Notes: a model not told the origin generated them from the sequence alone. 64,000 nt of DNA from Chitinophaga pinensis (GCA_945872355.1 CAMBZU010000004.1:3609-67608); one strand, 5' to 3'; shown: positions 51,040-60,323, counted from the first letter of the stretch. Numbers and translations are program-made.

Positions 51040-51121
51040 TAATATCATTGAAATAATACAGCTGAATCAAATCAACAGCGTGTTAATTCAACAGTATTAA
51101 ATAAATAAATGACTAATAAAA

Positions 51122-51466
51122 TTAATCGGGAGGCTGAATAAGCGAGAAATAAAAACCAGCAGGAATAAGCTCGGAGAAAGCTAAATAAGATTTTTTTTCT
51201 TCCTCAAAAGCAGCAGAAATGAAACTCGATGCTATGGTTTTGTAAAATAAATCAGTGCCGCATTTTTTTTCTAATGCTTCCTCATTTTCATCAGCATCAC
51301 AAGTCGCATCCTGAAAATAGCGATCAAAAAAACTCAAATCATTATCAGCGCTATAATACGCATATACAGTTTTAATTATTCGCTCAATTTTGTTCCCAAA
51401 GACCATAGAATTGCCTATTTGGCAAAGAAAAGAAACTAATAGCATATGTGATAAAACTCTTTTCAT
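51122..51466 (-). CDS. Small protein with hydrophobic N-terminus and C-terminal IQPPD (candidate leader/arrest peptide)
   Basis: 114 aa; own TATTTTTG box at about 51483-51490; ends GFYFSLIQPPD-stop. Confidence 0.65.
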   Translation of the reverse strand: MKRVLSHMLLVSFLCQIGNSMVFGNKIERIIKTVYAYYSADNDLSFFDRYFQDATCDADENEEALEKKCGTDLFYKTIASSFISAAFEEEKKSYLAFSELIPAGFYFSLIQPPD

Positions 51467-51644
51467 AGAGCAATTTGATTTACAAAAATATATTTTTTAC
51501 ATTCCCTAAATTCAAACAAAATGTTAAATTGAAGATGCTATTACAACTTAACAATCCACAACGCATCGTTAACAATATTTTTATTTATGCAGCGCATCAT
51601 TAAATTTAAAATAAAACTTTGTATAAATATTATTATAAACAGTT

Positions 51645-52952
51645 ATGGCAACATTTGAAGTTACAGGAGGCACAAGGCTTAAAGGTGAAATTATTCCACA
51701 AGGAGCAAAAAATGAGGCTTTGCAAATATTATGCGCTGTATTATTAACACCTGAAAAAGTGGTTATTGGTAATGTACCTGATATTGTTGATGTAAATAAA
51801 CTTATTGACCTGCTTAAAGCATTAGGTGTAAAGGTTGAAAAAACGGGGTATGAAGAATACACTTTTCAAGCCGATGATGTTAATGTTGATTATTTAAACA
51901 GCCCTGAATTTAAAAAGAAAGGTGCCGCATTACGTGGCTCTATCATGATAGTGGGACCGCTCCTTAGTAGGTTCGGAAAAGGATATATTCCACGTCCTGG
52001 TGGCGATAAAATTGGGAGAAGAAGATTAGACACGCATTTTATTGGTTTTCAAAACCTAGGTGCCAAATTTGAATATGATGAAAATGATAGCTTTTACAGA
52101 GTAGAAGCGAGCAACTTGCAAGGTTGCTACATGTTACTTGATGAAGCTTCTGTTACAGGTACAGCTAACATATTAATGGCTGCTGTAATGGCAAAAGGAA
52201 CAACCACAATTTACAACGCTGCTTGTGAGCCATATATACAGCAGTTATGTAAAATGCTCAACAGAATGGGAGCCAAAATAAGCGGCATAGGCAGTAATTT
52301 ACTTATTATTGAAGGCGTTGAATATCTTGGGGGCACCTCACATAGAATGTTACCAGATATGATTGAAATAGGTAGTTTTATTGGGCTAGCAGTAATGACT
52401 CAATCTGAAATTACTATTAAAAATGTTGCTTACCAAGAGCTTGGTGTGATTCCTGATGTGTTCAGAAAATTAGGTGTAAAAATGGAGTTGCGTGGCGATG
52501 ATTTATTTATTCCTGCGCAAGAATCTTATGAAATTGATACTTTTATTGATGGCTCTATTATGACAATTGCAGATGCTATTTGGCCCGGATTTACACCCGA
52601 TTTATTGAGCATTGCATTAGTAGTGGCCACACAGGCTAAAGGAAGTGTTTTAATACATCAAAAAATGTTCGAAAGCAGGTTGTTTTTTGTTGATAAACTC
52701 ATCGATATGGGGGCACAAATCATTTTATGCGACCCGCACAGAGCAACGGTAATCGGATTAAATCATCATCATGCCTTAAAAGGAATTTCAATGACTTCGC
52801 CAGATATAAGAGCTGGTGTAGCTCTACTTATTGCAGCAATGAGCGCCGAAGGCAAAAGCGTAATCGATAATATTGAACAAATAGACCGCGGTTACCAAAG
52901 AATTGATGAACGATTAAACGCTATTGGAGCTAAAATAAAAAGAGTTAATTAA
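51645..52952 (+). CDS. murA: UDP-N-acetylglucosamine 1-carboxyvinyltransferase
   Basis: GAKNEAL, LRGS, PGGDKIGRRRLDTH, SVTGTAN, WPGFTPD, MFESR, DIRAG and IDRGY motifs. Confidence 0.96.
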   Translation: MATFEVTGGTRLKGEIIPQGAKNEALQILCAVLLTPEKVVIGNVPDIVDVNKLIDLLKALGVKVEKTGYEEYTFQADDVNVDYLNSPEFKKKGAALRGSIMIVGPLLSRFGKGYIPRPGGDKIGRRRLDTHFIGFQNLGAKFEYDENDSFYRVEASNLQGCYMLLDEASVTGTANILMAAVMAKGTTTIYNAACEPYIQQLCKMLNRMGAKISGIGSNLLIIEGVEYLGGTSHRMLPDMIEIGSFIGLAVMTQSEITIKNVAYQELGVIPDVFRKLGVKMELRGDDLFIPAQESYEIDTFIDGSIMTIADAIWPGFTPDLLSIALVVATQAKGSVLIHQKMFESRLFFVDKLIDMGAQIILCDPHRATVIGLNHHHALKGISMTSPDIRAGVALLIAAMSAEGKSVIDNIEQIDRGYQRIDERLNAIGAKIKRVN

Positions 52953-54035
52953 TTACTCTTCCAGCTTTTCTTCCTCTTTTTCTGCTTCTTCTAAAGCATT
53001 CCAACCTTGCGCTGTAAGAGGATATAAAGCACCCGACTTTGTAATTAAATTACATCCTTGCGCTTGCTCTGTAACATGACCAATAACTGTAAAGTTTGGA
53101 TTGGCTTTTATTTTATCAAAATCTTTTAAGTCAATAGTGAAAAGCAGTTCGTAATCTTCTCCACCATTTAATGCACAAACTGTAGGATCTAAATTAAATT
53201 CCCTTGCTGTATTATAGGTTGTTGGATCTATTGGTATTTTTTCTTCATACAAATTACATCCTTTGCCAGAAGCCTTGCATATATGAATCATTTCTGAGGA
53301 TAAGCCATCAGAAATATCAATCATTGATGTAGGTAAAACTTCTAATTTATTAAGTAATTCTGTGATGTCAAATCTTGCCTCTGGTTTAAGCTGTCTTTCT
53401 AATATATAATCATGTCCTTCTAAATCTGGTTGAACTTGCTTATTAGAGCTAAGGTAAACTTCCTTTTCACGCTCTAACAACTGCAAGCCAACATAAGCTG
53501 CGCCTAAATCACCACTTACAATAATTAAATCATTTTCCTTAGCAGTATTTCTATAAACTATTTGCTCTTCCTGCGCTTCTCCAATGGCAGTAACACTAAT
53601 AATTAAACCCGAAGTAGAAGATGTTGTATCTCCACCAACTACATCAACGCCACACTTTTCGCAAGCAAGGTAAATACCTTGGTACATCTCATCAATTGCC
53701 TCTAATGAAAATCGATTACTTAAAGCAATGGAAACCGTAATTTGCCGAGGAGTAGCATGCATCGCCACCAAGTCTGAAATATTTACCATCACCGCCTTAT
53801 ACCCTAGATGTTTTAATGGCACATATGATAAATCAAAATGAACGCCTTCTATCAACATGTCAGTAGTAACAACACATTTTTTGTTGCCTTCAAACGATAA
53901 AACAGCAGCATCATCTCCTACCCCTTTCAACGTTGTGCTTTGCTTGTGTATAATGTTTTTTGTGAGAAAATGAATAAGCCCAAACTCGCCCAACTTTTCA
54001 AGTTCTGTCCTCGGTTGTGAATTATCTTGCATCAT
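52953..54035 (-). CDS. thiL: Thiamine-monophosphate kinase
   Basis: LGEFGLI, GDDAA, TTDMLIEGVHF, NISD, VGGDT, IDISDGL and GGEDYELLFT motifs; start set at ATG 54035. Confidence 0.95.
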   Translation of the reverse strand: MMQDNSQPRTELEKLGEFGLIHFLTKNIIHKQSTTLKGVGDDAAVLSFEGNKKCVVTTDMLIEGVHFDLSYVPLKHLGYKAVMVNISDLVAMHATPRQITVSIALSNRFSLEAIDEMYQGIYLACEKCGVDVVGGDTTSSTSGLIISVTAIGEAQEEQIVYRNTAKENDLIIVSGDLGAAYVGLQLLEREKEVYLSSNKQVQPDLEGHDYILERQLKPEARFDITELLNKLEVLPTSMIDISDGLSSEMIHICKASGKGCNLYEEKIPIDPTTYNTAREFNLDPTVCALNGGEDYELLFTIDLKDFDKIKANPNFTVIGHVTEQAQGCNLITKSGALYPLTAQGWNALEEAEKEEEKLEE

Positions 54036-54053
54036 ACTTAAATTATAAAAATG

Positions 54054-54061
54054 CAAAGGTA
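54054..54061 (-). promoter_or_regulatory. -7 promoter box (TACCTTTG) for thiL
   Basis: TAnnTTTG match 19 bp upstream of ATG 54035. Confidence 0.65.
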
Positions 54062-54078
54062 CTTAAATATCGTCATTT

Positions 54079-54996
54079 TTACTTGAGCAACGACTTTAAT
54101 TTTTCAGTGCGCTCAAAGCCAAAGAGCCTAAATAAGAAAACGTAAATGCTTGTGGTTGCTGCACTCACCTTCGGTTTAAAATCTTTAGGAATATGCAATG
54201 CATATGCATCAATGGCCAAGGTTTTATTGTGTAAATAAATTACTCTTATGGCATCAAACAAAGCCTGATAATAAGGATGCATCAAAACTTTGCTTGTTTT
54301 TTCTTCTAAAAACTTGATGATTGATATTCTCAAACTTAAATAACGCGCCATGTTTTCTGAAACATTTTGCTGCGAAATAGAGCCACCTTCTCTATCTCTA
54401 ACTATAGTCAAAGGCCTATTGTCATGAATTACTTTTGCACCCAAACGCATCATATTAAACATTAAAGCATACTCTTGACTACTTTTAAGTGTTACATCAA
54501 AGCCATTCGCAATTCTTACTGTTGTAGATTTAAATAAATTAGCGCTTGTTATACCTAATTGTGTATAAAGTAAACCAAGCCAAAAATCGTTATGCGATAC
54601 TTGATGTAACTTTTTATTTCCATTAAGCGATTGCCTGTGATAATCCGCTGCAATAATGTCTGGAAAACTATTTTCATTGATCAGTTTTACCTGATGCTGT
54701 ATTTTGTCTGGCGCTAATAAATCATCTGCATCTAAAAACTGAATATAATCTCCTTTAGCTTCCTGCAGGGCTCTGTTTCTTGCATATGGCGCACCTTTTT
54801 GTGTTTCTTGAACTAAAGTAATTAAATCGCTATGCTCAGCGGCAAAACGTGTCAAAATTGAAAGCGTATTATCGGTTGAATTATTGTTTACACATATAAT
54901 TTGCAGGGCTTTATAATTTTGGTTGAGCAACGACTGTATGCACTGTGCTATATATTGCTCCACATTGTAACAAGGAATAATCACAGAAATCTGCAT
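54079..54996 (-). CDS. Glycosyltransferase family 2
   Basis: ISVIIPCYN, NNNSTD, GAPYARN and FLDADD motifs. Confidence 0.92.
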   Translation of the reverse strand: MQISVIIPCYNVEQYIAQCIQSLLNQNYKALQIICVNNNSTDNTLSILTRFAAEHSDLITLVQETQKGAPYARNRALQEAKGDYIQFLDADDLLAPDKIQHQVKLINENSFPDIIAADYHRQSLNGNKKLHQVSHNDFWLGLLYTQLGITSANLFKSTTVRIANGFDVTLKSSQEYALMFNMMRLGAKVIHDNRPLTIVRDREGGSISQQNVSENMARYLSLRISIIKFLEEKTSKVLMHPYYQALFDAIRVIYLHNKTLAIDAYALHIPKDFKPKVSAATTSIYVFLFRLFGFERTEKLKSLLK

Positions 54997-55005
54997 ATTA
55001 ACAAC

Positions 55006-55512
55006 TTATTGAAAGGAAATCAATAACTGATTTTTTTCTACTGCATTGCCTTTCACCGCGTGAATTTTTTTAATTACGCCCGCTGTTGGTGATTTAATTA
55101 TGTTTTCCATTTTCATGGCCTCTAAAATCAATATTGCATCACCTTTGGCAATAGTGTCCCCTTCATTTACAGCAATGTTTAATACCAAACCTGGCATAGG
55201 CGCTTTTAACTCCAACACCTTTTTAGCTGCCAAGCTGTCCATTCCTAAACTCTTGAGTAAAGCATCAAATTGATCGGTAATTTTAATTGAGTTTAATTTA
55301 CCATTTAGTTTTAAATCTACTTGCTTGCCTATTTTGTCAACCTTTAGTATTTCAATATTATATGATTTACCGTTTTTAAGAATATGCCAATGGGTTGCCG
55401 AAGATTTTACGCGGTCGATAACAAAAGATGTATCGTTTATTTTTCCTTGTTGATATTGCTTATCGTCAAAGTCAATATCAAAATTTAGGTTATTGAGGTT
55501 TGCTTTTATCAT
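55006..55512 (-). CDS. Biotin carboxyl carrier protein subunit
   Basis: KAPMPG...LEAMKMEN biotinylation motif. Confidence 0.93.
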   Translation of the reverse strand: MIKANLNNLNFDIDFDDKQYQQGKINDTSFVIDRVKSSATHWHILKNGKSYNIEILKVDKIGKQVDLKLNGKLNSIKITDQFDALLKSLGMDSLAAKKVLELKAPMPGLVLNIAVNEGDTIAKGDAILILEAMKMENIIKSPTAGVIKKIHAVKGNAVEKNQLLISFQ

Positions 55513-55522
55513 AGCTTAATTC

Positions 55523-55777
55523 TTAAACAACAACAGGTAAGTTTACAGCCTCAACTGCTTTTATTTCTTTAACTGCTCTTTTAACCGTTTCTTCAACGCC
55601 CGCTTTCATAGTCATCATGCTCATGTTACAAGTGCTACAACTTCCGTGAAGCTTCACTCTTGCTACAAAATCATCAGTTACATCCACCAGTGAAACATCG
55701 CCTCCATCTGCTTCTAAAAATGGTCTAATTTGTTTTAAAGCCTCCTCTATTCTTTGATATAAATCGCTGTTCAACAT
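55523..55777 (-). CDS. NifU/NfuA C-terminal domain protein
   Basis: IRPFLEADGGDV...GSCSTC..S.MTMKAGVE. Confidence 0.93.
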   Translation of the reverse strand: MLNSDLYQRIEEALKQIRPFLEADGGDVSLVDVTDDFVARVKLHGSCSTCNMSMMTMKAGVEETVKRAVKEIKAVEAVNLPVVV

Positions 55778-55900
55778 TGTTTTTTGGTATAATTAAAGGC
55801 GAAATTAATAAAGTTAATTGAATGTGAAAATATTAGTGCAAAATGAAGCCACTTGACCTGAATAAAGTTGAAGCATAAACAAGCACCAATTGATGAAATA

Positions 55901-56027
55901 ATACCAATTACACTTTCAATTTAGTCCAATTGCGGCATTACCATATGGTACTAATTTCAAGTAGTATCGGCATTAACCATTGCATATTTATTTTTTAGTT
56001 GGCCTAAAAAATAAATGCAATTGGTAT
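55901..56027. mobile_element. MITE-like element, diverged copy C (127 bp)
   Basis: TIR ATACCAATTACAC / ATGCAATTGGTAT; ATCGGCATT.ACCA at nearly the same offset as in copy A; perfect 13-bp hairpin with TTGGC loop. Confidence 0.7.
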
Positions 56028-56140
56028 AATATGATTAAAAGTATATTCCCACCCTGCAAATGTTTTAATACATTGTTCCTTAAGAACCTAGATGCTATGC
56101 TGCACAACCAGACCAGGATGTACCCAAATTAAAATTTTTA

Positions 56141-56782
56141 TTACTTTTTTCTGCAAATCATCAGCCCATCTCTTAATGGCAGCAAAAAAGGTTCTACGCG
56201 TTCGTCATTAAACATCAATTCATTATAAGCATGCATAGCTATAGTATCAGCATCTTTCTTAACTGAATCATCAACAACCTTTCCACTCCATAATACATTA
56301 TCTGCAATAATATAACCGCCACTAATTACTTTATCGAAAACCATTTCATAATACAAGGCATAGTTTTTTTTATCGGCATCAATAAAAACCAAATCAAATT
56401 TTTCATTTATAGTGGGAATAATTGTTTGCGCATTTCCATTTATATAATGGAGTTGTGACGCTTTTTCCGACAAGGCAAAATACTGCTTGACTTTATCTGC
56501 TAATTCTTCATTTACATCAATTGTAATAAGCTTTCCATTGTTTGTTAAACCTTCTGCCAAACAAAGTGCAGCATAGCCTGTAAAAGTGCCTATCTCTAAA
56601 ATACAATTTGGCCTAATCATTTTGCTAATCATCGCTAAAAATCGGCCTTGTAAATGTCCCGATAACATGCGTGGCATCAATACCTCCAAATGTGTTTCTC
56701 TATTCACCTTTTGTAAAAGTGGGCTTTCCTTTTCACTGTGGAGCTCACAATATTTTTCTATTTCATGGTTAACAATGTGCAT
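56141..56782 (-). CDS. O-methyltransferase (caffeoyl-CoA/TrmR-like family 3)
   Basis: MLSGHLQG, LEIGTFTGY, FIDADK, ADNVLWSG and LRDGL motifs; start set at ATG 56782. Confidence 0.92.
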   Translation of the reverse strand: MHIVNHEIEKYCELHSEKESPLLQKVNRETHLEVLMPRMLSGHLQGRFLAMISKMIRPNCILEIGTFTGYAALCLAEGLTNNGKLITIDVNEELADKVKQYFALSEKASQLHYINGNAQTIIPTINEKFDLVFIDADKKNYALYYEMVFDKVISGGYIIADNVLWSGKVVDDSVKKDADTIAMHAYNELMFNDERVEPFLLPLRDGLMICRKK

Positions 56783-56783
56783 G

Positions 56784-58007
56784 CTATTCAAATGTTAATG
56801 AATTCATATACTTTTCTTCAAAAACTTCATTTGCAATATTGTAAAGTTGCTTGTTTGTTATCTTTTCTATTTCTTCATATATGGAGCTCAAAGTATCTAC
56901 CTTATTAAACATTAAAAGACTTTTTCCTAAAGCCAACATTACACTGCTGTTGTTTTCTTGTGCAAGCGAAATATTGCCACAAAGTTGCCGCTTTGCGCTG
57001 TGCAACTGCATTGAACTCAAAGGTGTTTCTCTTAACTTTTTCAGCTCTTTATAAACCAAGGCGGTGGTTTTTTGCAAGTACTTTTTATCTGTTCCTAAAT
57101 ATACTGCAAAAAGACCTGTATCGCTATATGCTACGTAGTTAGAGTCTAAATTATAAGCAAACCCATACTTCTCTCGGATATTTAAATTTAACCTGCTATT
57201 CATGCCCGGCCCACCTAATAAATTGTTGAGCAAAACCATAGCTGTTCTTTTTTTTGAACCTGCCGAAGGTGCCAAACTACCAATAATACAATGCGATTGA
57301 TTTGAATTTACTTTACTTACGATATGAAAATTTTTATTCGTTGTTGGCGCCCTTCTAAGCAATGGATTGCCCTTGGTAGTATAAATTGCAAAGTGTTTTT
57401 CCATCACTTTTTTTACATACTCTTTTTTGTAATTGCCTACAATGCTAAAAACCATATTCTTAATTAAATAATGCCTTTTTATGAAATCAATGATATGCTT
57501 TTGCTTAAAACTTTTCACACTCTCAACGGTACCCAAAATATTGTTTCCTAAAGGATGTTTGGTATAAAGATGGGTTTCAAAATCATCATAAATTTGTTCT
57601 GCTGGTGTATCTTTATAAGAGTGTATCTCATCAATAATAACATCCTTTTCTTTTTCAATTTCCTTTATTGGAAAAGTGGAGTTAAAAGTAATATCAGCAA
57701 TAAGCTCCACAGCTCGCTCTAAATATTGCTTTTGAAAAGAGGCATAAATACAGGTTTCTTCCTTAGATGTATATGCGTTTAACTCACCTCCTACACTATC
57801 TATTCTACCTAAAATATGATAAAACCTTCGCTTCGAAGTACCTTTAAACAAAGTGTGCTCAATATAGTGTGCTAACCCTTGTTCTGTTTGCTTTTCTTCG
57901 CGCGTTCCTGCATTTAAAATAATACCACAATGTGCAGCTTCGCCTACAACTTGCTTATAAATAACACGCAAACCGTTCGGCAATTCAAAAATATCAAATT
58001 CATTCAT
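56784..58007 (-). CDS. M16 family peptidase (pitrilysin/insulinase)
   Basis: HYIEH inverted zinc motif, NAYTSKEET, HPLG and SRL...IREKYG motifs. Confidence 0.93.
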   Translation of the reverse strand: MNEFDIFELPNGLRVIYKQVVGEAAHCGIILNAGTREEKQTEQGLAHYIEHTLFKGTSKRRFYHILGRIDSVGGELNAYTSKEETCIYASFQKQYLERAVELIADITFNSTFPIKEIEKEKDVIIDEIHSYKDTPAEQIYDDFETHLYTKHPLGNNILGTVESVKSFKQKHIIDFIKRHYLIKNMVFSIVGNYKKEYVKKVMEKHFAIYTTKGNPLLRRAPTTNKNFHIVSKVNSNQSHCIIGSLAPSAGSKKRTAMVLLNNLLGGPGMNSRLNLNIREKYGFAYNLDSNYVAYSDTGLFAVYLGTDKKYLQKTTALVYKELKKLRETPLSSMQLHSAKRQLCGNISLAQENNSSVMLALGKSLLMFNKVDTLSSIYEEIEKITNKQLYNIANEVFEEKYMNSLTFE

Positions 58008-58019
58008 AAAGTCTTTTCC

Positions 58020-58514
58020 TTACTGTTTTGTGGGAATTAAATCGGCAATAGCTACCCCTATCGATTGGTTTATTGTTTCTGTAATTCTACCAATTTCTAT
58101 CCCCTTTTGAAGGATGATAAAAACTGGTGTGTTGTTTATACTATAACTATTTTCTATGCCTTGTGGCGATCTTTTATCCCTGTCTAAAAAACATAAAGTT
58201 ATACGTTGTTTGCTTATGCCAGCCAAATCTATCACCTTGTAAAACTGTGGGAGCAACTGTTGACTTTTCTCACACCAAGTTCCTGCAAACACAATAAATT
58301 GTATGTCCTTGGACATTTCTTTTATGGCATTAATTGCCGAAATATTGAGCTGATAATTAAAATAGCCATCCTTATACCATCTAAAACTTAAACTTCGCTC
58401 CAATATCCTTACATCAGAAATACCTACAATTACGTTTTGCTCAGTATTTACTGAAGTTTGTGATAAGCCAATTTCACTCAAAAAAAGAAAAAACAATAAA
58501 AATTTGTAATGCAT
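58020..58514 (-). CDS. Exported thioredoxin-like protein (CxxS)
   Basis: Signal-like N-terminus from ATG 58514; FAGTWCEKS, TPVFI and EIGRI motifs. Confidence 0.75.
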   Translation of the reverse strand: MHYKFLLFFLFLSEIGLSQTSVNTEQNVIVGISDVRILERSLSFRWYKDGYFNYQLNISAINAIKEMSKDIQFIVFAGTWCEKSQQLLPQFYKVIDLAGISKQRITLCFLDRDKRSPQGIENSYSINNTPVFIILQKGIEIGRITETINQSIGVAIADLIPTKQ

Positions 58515-58673
58515 TGCAATCTTTTTAAGGAAGTTAAGTTCTTGTAATTTTAAACTGCAATAAAAGTACACAGCAATTCAACAACTGCCAATTTTAATTG
58601 TTGTGAATGGTAATTATATGTAAAACAGCTTGTTAAAAAAGGTTAAGCAAACACAGTAGTAACAAGGCTTATA

Positions 58674-58681
58674 TAACTTTG
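58674..58681 (+). promoter_or_regulatory. -7 promoter box (TAACTTTG) for the two-component operon
   Basis: TAnnTTTG match about 30 bp upstream of the GTG start. Confidence 0.6.
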
Positions 58682-58712
58682 ATTAAGTTTAGTGCATTAA
58701 ACAAATATTCGA

Positions 58713-60305
58713 GTGAATAATAAAAGAATTTTATTAGCAATTGTTGTTATCCTACTTGCCATTGGAGGCTTAATTGCTTTTCAATTGTATTGGATTAAAA
58801 GTGCAGTTGAAATTAAACAAGAAAGGTTCGACGCTGGGGTAAGTGAAGCGTTGCAAAAAGTAGCTTATAACCTCCAAAAAAAGGCAGTAGCTGCTAAAGT
58901 AACACGCAGACTTAACATGCACCGCCAATCTGAACGAGATGATCATTTATCTGAAAATAAAATATCCTTCAAAAAAAGAAAAAACAACTACAAAGACATG
59001 CGTTTAAATGTGTTTGAAGAAATAATAACTGATAGCGGCGGTGTTCAAACCAAAAAACAAAGTACTAAAACTTATAAAAGCAATGCGCTTAATCACCCCG
59101 ATTTTAAAATAAATGTCGATTTAAAAAAGAAAGAACCTTTTTCGGTAAACCAAAAAGAAGGCGGCAACAAAAGCCTAAGCTGGTTTTTAAATCAACAAGA
59201 CATGATGAACGATATTTTTGATGAGTTGGTAAGCATCAATATTTACAACGATTACAGCAATAAGATTGATACTGTTGCACTAGATAGCATGGTTAGGAGT
59301 GAACTAAAACAACAAGGTATTGATACAAAATATGAATATGGCATTTTAAATCAAAATCAAAATGCCTTTGTTTTCCCTGTTAAAGCACAATTAATTTCCA
59401 CACTCTTAAAATCACCATACCGAATTAGCCTTACTGCACAAAATATTTTTATCAACCCAAGGTACTTAAGTTTACATTTTCCCTCACAACAAAACTATAT
59501 CTTACGTAATCTATGGTATATGTTACTTGGGTCAGCTTTCTTAATTCTATTAATTATTTGGATGTTTTCATATACAATTGCTACTATATTTAAACAGAAA
59601 AAACTTTCTGATATTAAAAATGACTTCATTAATAACATGACGCATGAGTTTAAAACTCCAATTTCTACAATTTCTCTGGCTTGCGAAGTGCTAGGTGATA
59701 ATACTGTGGAAAAAAGTCCCCAAAAATTGGGTAATTACGTTAAGGTTATTAAAGATGAAAACAAAAGACTTGGGCTTTTGGTCGAAAATGTTTTACAAAC
59801 AGCTGTTTTAGATAAAGGTGAACTTAAATTGAAACTAAAGTCACTTGATGTTCACGAAATTATTGAAGATGTGCTCAACAACAGCTATGTGCAAATTGAA
59901 AATAAAAAAGCAGAAATAGAAATTGAATTTGACGCCATTGAATCAGTTTTAAGCGCCGACAAAGTGCATCTTTCAAACATTATTTATAACTTGCTTGATA
60001 ACGCTTTAAAATATGCTACTAACGATCCATTAATCACAATTTTTACTAAAAGCGATAATAAAGGAGTATATATTGGCGTTAAGGACAATGGAATGGGCAT
60101 CAGTAAAGAAAATCAAAAAAGAATTTTCGATAAGCTTTATCGCGTTCCAACAGGTAACATTCACAATGTAAAAGGTTTTGGATTAGGGTTAAGTTATGTT
60201 AAAGCAATTATAGAAAAGCATGGTGGCAGCATTTTTGTAGAGAGTAGCCTCGGTGTTGGAAGCACATTCACTTGCTTCTTCCCTTATAAACAAATAGAAA
60301 AATAA
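58713..60305 (+). CDS. Sensor histidine kinase (RprX-like)
   Basis: Two TMs, DFINNMTHEFKTP (H box), NLLDNALKY, DNGMG and GFGLGL motifs. Confidence 0.92.
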   Translation: MNNKRILLAIVVILLAIGGLIAFQLYWIKSAVEIKQERFDAGVSEALQKVAYNLQKKAVAAKVTRRLNMHRQSERDDHLSENKISFKKRKNNYKDMRLNVFEEIITDSGGVQTKKQSTKTYKSNALNHPDFKINVDLKKKEPFSVNQKEGGNKSLSWFLNQQDMMNDIFDELVSINIYNDYSNKIDTVALDSMVRSELKQQGIDTKYEYGILNQNQNAFVFPVKAQLISTLLKSPYRISLTAQNIFINPRYLSLHFPSQQNYILRNLWYMLLGSAFLILLIIWMFSYTIATIFKQKKLSDIKNDFINNMTHEFKTPISTISLACEVLGDNTVEKSPQKLGNYVKVIKDENKRLGLLVENVLQTAVLDKGELKLKLKSLDVHEIIEDVLNNSYVQIENKKAEIEIEFDAIESVLSADKVHLSNIIYNLLDNALKYATNDPLITIFTKSDNKGVYIGVKDNGMGISKENQKRIFDKLYRVPTGNIHNVKGFGLGLSYVKAIIEKHGGSIFVESSLGVGSTFTCFFPYKQIEK

Positions 60306-60323
60306 TATTTAAAATAAAGACAT

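Noticed and set aside
50933-51097. Another ATAC...GTAT family member
   Set aside because: The two ends are not complementary beyond 5 nt and lack the CCAA at positions 26-29.
50846-51100. 84-aa plus-strand ORF, and a 10-codon minus-strand ORF MILPGCFCGG
   Set aside because: No motif or promoter support; the region is better explained by RNA-like stems.
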